A stretch of 64,000 nt of DNA from an uncultured Methanoregulaceae archaeon (GTDB taxonomy: Archaea; Halobacteriota; Methanomicrobia; Methanomicrobiales; Methanospirillaceae). Numbering within the stretch: position 1 is the stretch's first letter; the number at the start of each line of letters is the position of its first letter. Location of the stretch: NCBI GenBank assembly GCA_963737635.1, contig CAVTTL010000001.1, positions 704,001 to 768,000 of the forward strand, read 5' to 3'. Below, one piece after another: positions 61,681 through 64,000 of this stretch. The notes below the pieces were generated by a model. That model saw nothing but the letters and a program-made list of their open reading frames with translations, was not told where the DNA came from and did not search any database. Made by a program: the position numbers and the translations under genes.

Positions 61681-62502
61681 TCATATCCGGTTTACCTCTA
61701 TACGGGGGTTAAACTTCTCTTCGAAACTGTACCCGATCATCCCAAGGGCGAGGGAGATCCCGATAACTGCGATACCGGGTGGCAGGATCCACCACCAGAG
61801 CCCGAGCGCGAGACCGCCCTGCGAGTACGCGTTCTGGATCATCGTCCCCCAGTCCACGGTTGTGGTATCCCACATGCCGATAAAACTCAGGCCGACACCC
61901 ATGAGGAGGAGCTGCTGGGACGAGGTCACAAATTTGACCGTGACCAGCGACATCACATTAGGCAGGATGTGCCGGGACATGATCCGGAAATCCGAGGCGC
62001 CTATCGCCCGCGCACCTTCTACGAAATTGGTCCGGGCAACAGAGAGTACCTGGGATCGCATGACACGGACCCCTTGGACGCTGCTCAGAAGGCCCATGAG
62101 CAGACTCACCTGGACAACACCCGGGGAAAAGAATGTGGTGAGGACGATGAGCAGGACAAACATCGGAATGGGCATCACCACATCGATGACCCGGCATACG
62201 ATCTCGTCGACAATACCGCCATAATACCCGATAACAATCCCGACACTTGTGCTGATCCCCACGGCAAGCAGGGCAGAAAAAAAACCAAAGAGCAGGGTGA
62301 TCCGGGCCCCAAAGACCAGCTGGGCGAAAATATCCTGACCCACCTGATTTGTACCGAACAGGTGATAGTTGTCCGGGGGCTGAAGCGGTTTACCGGTAAT
62401 GGCATAGGGACCCTGCGGCGCGATCAGCGGGGCTGCGAGGGCTATCCCGATATAGATGCACAGAATAGCGATGCCCGCCCACAGTATCGCTCTCCTACTC
62501 AT
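61681..62502 (-). CDS. Peptide/nickel ABC transporter permease (OppC-like)
   Basis: HLFGTNQVGQDI, EGARAIGAS, HILPN, DWGTMI. Confidence 0.93.
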   Translation of the reverse strand: MSRRAILWAGIAILCIYIGIALAAPLIAPQGPYAITGKPLQPPDNYHLFGTNQVGQDIFAQLVFGARITLLFGFFSALLAVGISTSVGIVIGYYGGIVDEIVCRVIDVVMPIPMFVLLIVLTTFFSPGVVQVSLLMGLLSSVQGVRVMRSQVLSVARTNFVEGARAIGASDFRIMSRHILPNVMSLVTVKFVTSSQQLLLMGVGLSFIGMWDTTTVDWGTMIQNAYSQGGLALGLWWWILPPGIAVIGISLALGMIGYSFEEKFNPRIEVNRI

Positions 62503-63478
62503 CGTTTCCCATCCTGATCCGCGGATCGATCATCGAGGAGAAGATGTCCGCAAGGAGCATTGCCACTATGGTCATCAGTGAATCCAGGAGGAATATGCCT
62601 TCAAGGAGCGGCAGGTCCCGATTTTTAAGGGCTTCAGTAGTCAGGTACCCGATCCCAGGCCAGGAAAAAACGGTCTCGATAAACACGTTTCCCATGATGA
62701 TCGCGGCGCACTGGAACGTCGTGATGGTCACCATGGGAAGAAGAGCGTTTTTGAGCGCATGACGCCAGAGGATACTCCTTTCATCGAGCCCTTTTGCACG
62801 TGCTGTCGTGATGTAATCTTCCCCGATGACGGTTATCATCGAGTTCCGCATCACGTAGTAATTCCCGGTGGCAATAAAAAACGTCATCAGGGCGGTGGGC
62901 AGAACCGCATGGTACAGCAGGTCCGGGATGGAGAGGCCGGTTGAGAGCACGCTGATGCTACTGAACCCTCCGAGGGGAAACCACCTGAGATAAAAGGAGA
63001 AAACCAGAACGGCCATGATCGCCCACCAGAACTCCGGGATCGCCCGGATCACGATCATGATATTGAAGATCGCGAGATCTTTTTTCCCGCCCGATCTCCA
63101 CCCTGACCATGCACCGATGACAGTACCCAGCAGGATCCCAAGGACCGTTGCCGGCACGATGATGATGAGCGACCAGGAGAGTTTCTCGGCAATCATCGGG
63201 AAAACCGGCGTGCCATAGGCGTAGGAGTACCCCCATTGTCCGTGAAGAATGTTAAGGATATACAGGACGTACTGGTCGGTGAGCGGGAGATCCAGGCCAA
63301 ACTGGTGGCGGAACTGGTCGACTGCTGCCTGGGGAATGGTGTTTGAAAGAGAGAGGAGATAGTTGGTAATGTAGTCTCCGGGCATCAAGTGAAGGAGAAA
63401 GAACGTAATGGTGACACAGACGAAAAACGATGTCCCGCTGTAACAGATGCGGCGCAGGAGGTATTTCCCGCTGATCAT
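62495..63478 (-). CDS. Peptide/nickel ABC transporter permease (OppB-like)
   Basis: MPGD, FGLDLPL..QY, DYITTARAKGL, ETVFSWPGIG. Confidence 0.94.
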   Translation of the reverse strand: MISGKYLLRRICYSGTSFFVCVTITFFLLHLMPGDYITNYLLSLSNTIPQAAVDQFRHQFGLDLPLTDQYVLYILNILHGQWGYSYAYGTPVFPMIAEKLSWSLIIIVPATVLGILLGTVIGAWSGWRSGGKKDLAIFNIMIVIRAIPEFWWAIMAVLVFSFYLRWFPLGGFSSISVLSTGLSIPDLLYHAVLPTALMTFFIATGNYYVMRNSMITVIGEDYITTARAKGLDERSILWRHALKNALLPMVTITTFQCAAIIMGNVFIETVFSWPGIGYLTTEALKNRDLPLLEGIFLLDSLMTIVAMLLADIFSSMIDPRIRMGNDE

Positions 63479-63673
63479 ACGCGTTTTTCTCCGGGCTCCG
63501 GTGTGCGATTGAAGCAGGTCATCGTGATGGCTCTCGCGTTTTTTTTGATTGAGGGTGGGGAAATGGCTTCATACAGGCATATGCCATTTCAGGAACCGTC
63601 GTGAAACGATGTTGTATTCCCCGGAAAAAATTGATTCCTTTTTTTGAGTCCGTATCCTCATAGAAGCAATCGC

Positions 63674-64000
63674 TTATGATGACTGTACCGGCGTCAGGTT
63701 CTCCAAGACTTTCGGATCCAGGATACTATGATACCCCGGCCCGATATTCCAGCCGGTGAACCGGTCTGTCCGGTATGCCACGAGCGTATCGGTACTGGCG
63801 ACTGGCACTGTTGGCACATCCTGGGCGAGGAGATCCTGCTCCCTGTAGGCCATCTCCAGTATGGCAGTCTGGTTGGAGGTATTCTTGATCTGAGCGACCA
63901 GGCTGTTGTATTCCGGATTATTGTAATTGTAGTAGTTTGTTTTCTGCAAGGGGGTAACGGCGAAATTCCCAAAGGCATCCGGATCATCATGGAGGAGGAC
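63674..64000 (-). CDS. Peptide/nickel ABC substrate-binding protein, C-terminal part (family 5)
   Basis: NYYNYNNPEYNSLV...EQDLLAQDVPTVPV...FTGW; open to the right edge. Confidence 0.8.
   Translation of the reverse strand, partial: VLLHDDPDAFGNFAVTPLQKTNYYNYNNPEYNSLVAQIKNTSNQTAILEMAYREQDLLAQDVPTVPVASTDTLVAYRTDRFTGWNIGPGYHSILDPKVLENLTPVQSS

Noticed and set aside
63560-63640. GAAATGGC...GCCATTTC inverted repeat and GGAA-N8-TTCC in the Opp intergenic gap
   Set aside because: Spacing does not match the NrpR operator (N6) and a single 8-bp stem is too weak to call an RNA element
1-64000. CRISPR arrays, IS elements, prophage, rRNA or SRP RNA
   Set aside because: No regularly spaced repeats, transposase, integrase or structural RNA signatures were seen by eye

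Overview
Core chromosome of a hydrogenotrophic methanogenic archaeon, most likely Methanomicrobiales and Methanoregula-like (inferred from gene content and protein style). Housekeeping content: aIF5B, rps6e, rps8e, hypB, srp19-PHP-gar1-tfb, thiL, RIO2, nadE, cupin PGI, NrpRII-like protein, class II lysS, rlmH, pgk, the complete A1AO ATP synthase operon (H-I-K-E-C-F-A-B-D), three tRNAs (His-GUG, Ala-CGC, Ala-UGC) and an Opp/Dpp-type ABC importer. At least 12 single-base indels split otherwise intact genes, including atpI, which points to an unpolished long-read assembly rather than real pseudogenes. The most unusual items: (1) an ABC-2 exporter permease fused to a PrsW-type intramembrane protease with all four catalytic motifs; (2) two back-to-back type IV pilus modules flanking a split pair of KaiC-like ATPases (one active, one degenerate), where one assembly ATPase carries a duplicated N-terminal transmembrane hairpin; (3) a degenerate TtuA-like protein translationally coupled to a K+-channel homologue lacking GYG; (4) genes and relics the ORF track misses or shows only in part (51-aa Zn ribbon, RHH regulator, HNH, methyltransferase and VIT1 remnants). 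No CRISPR array, transposase or integrase was seen. All family assignments come from motif recognition, not database searches.
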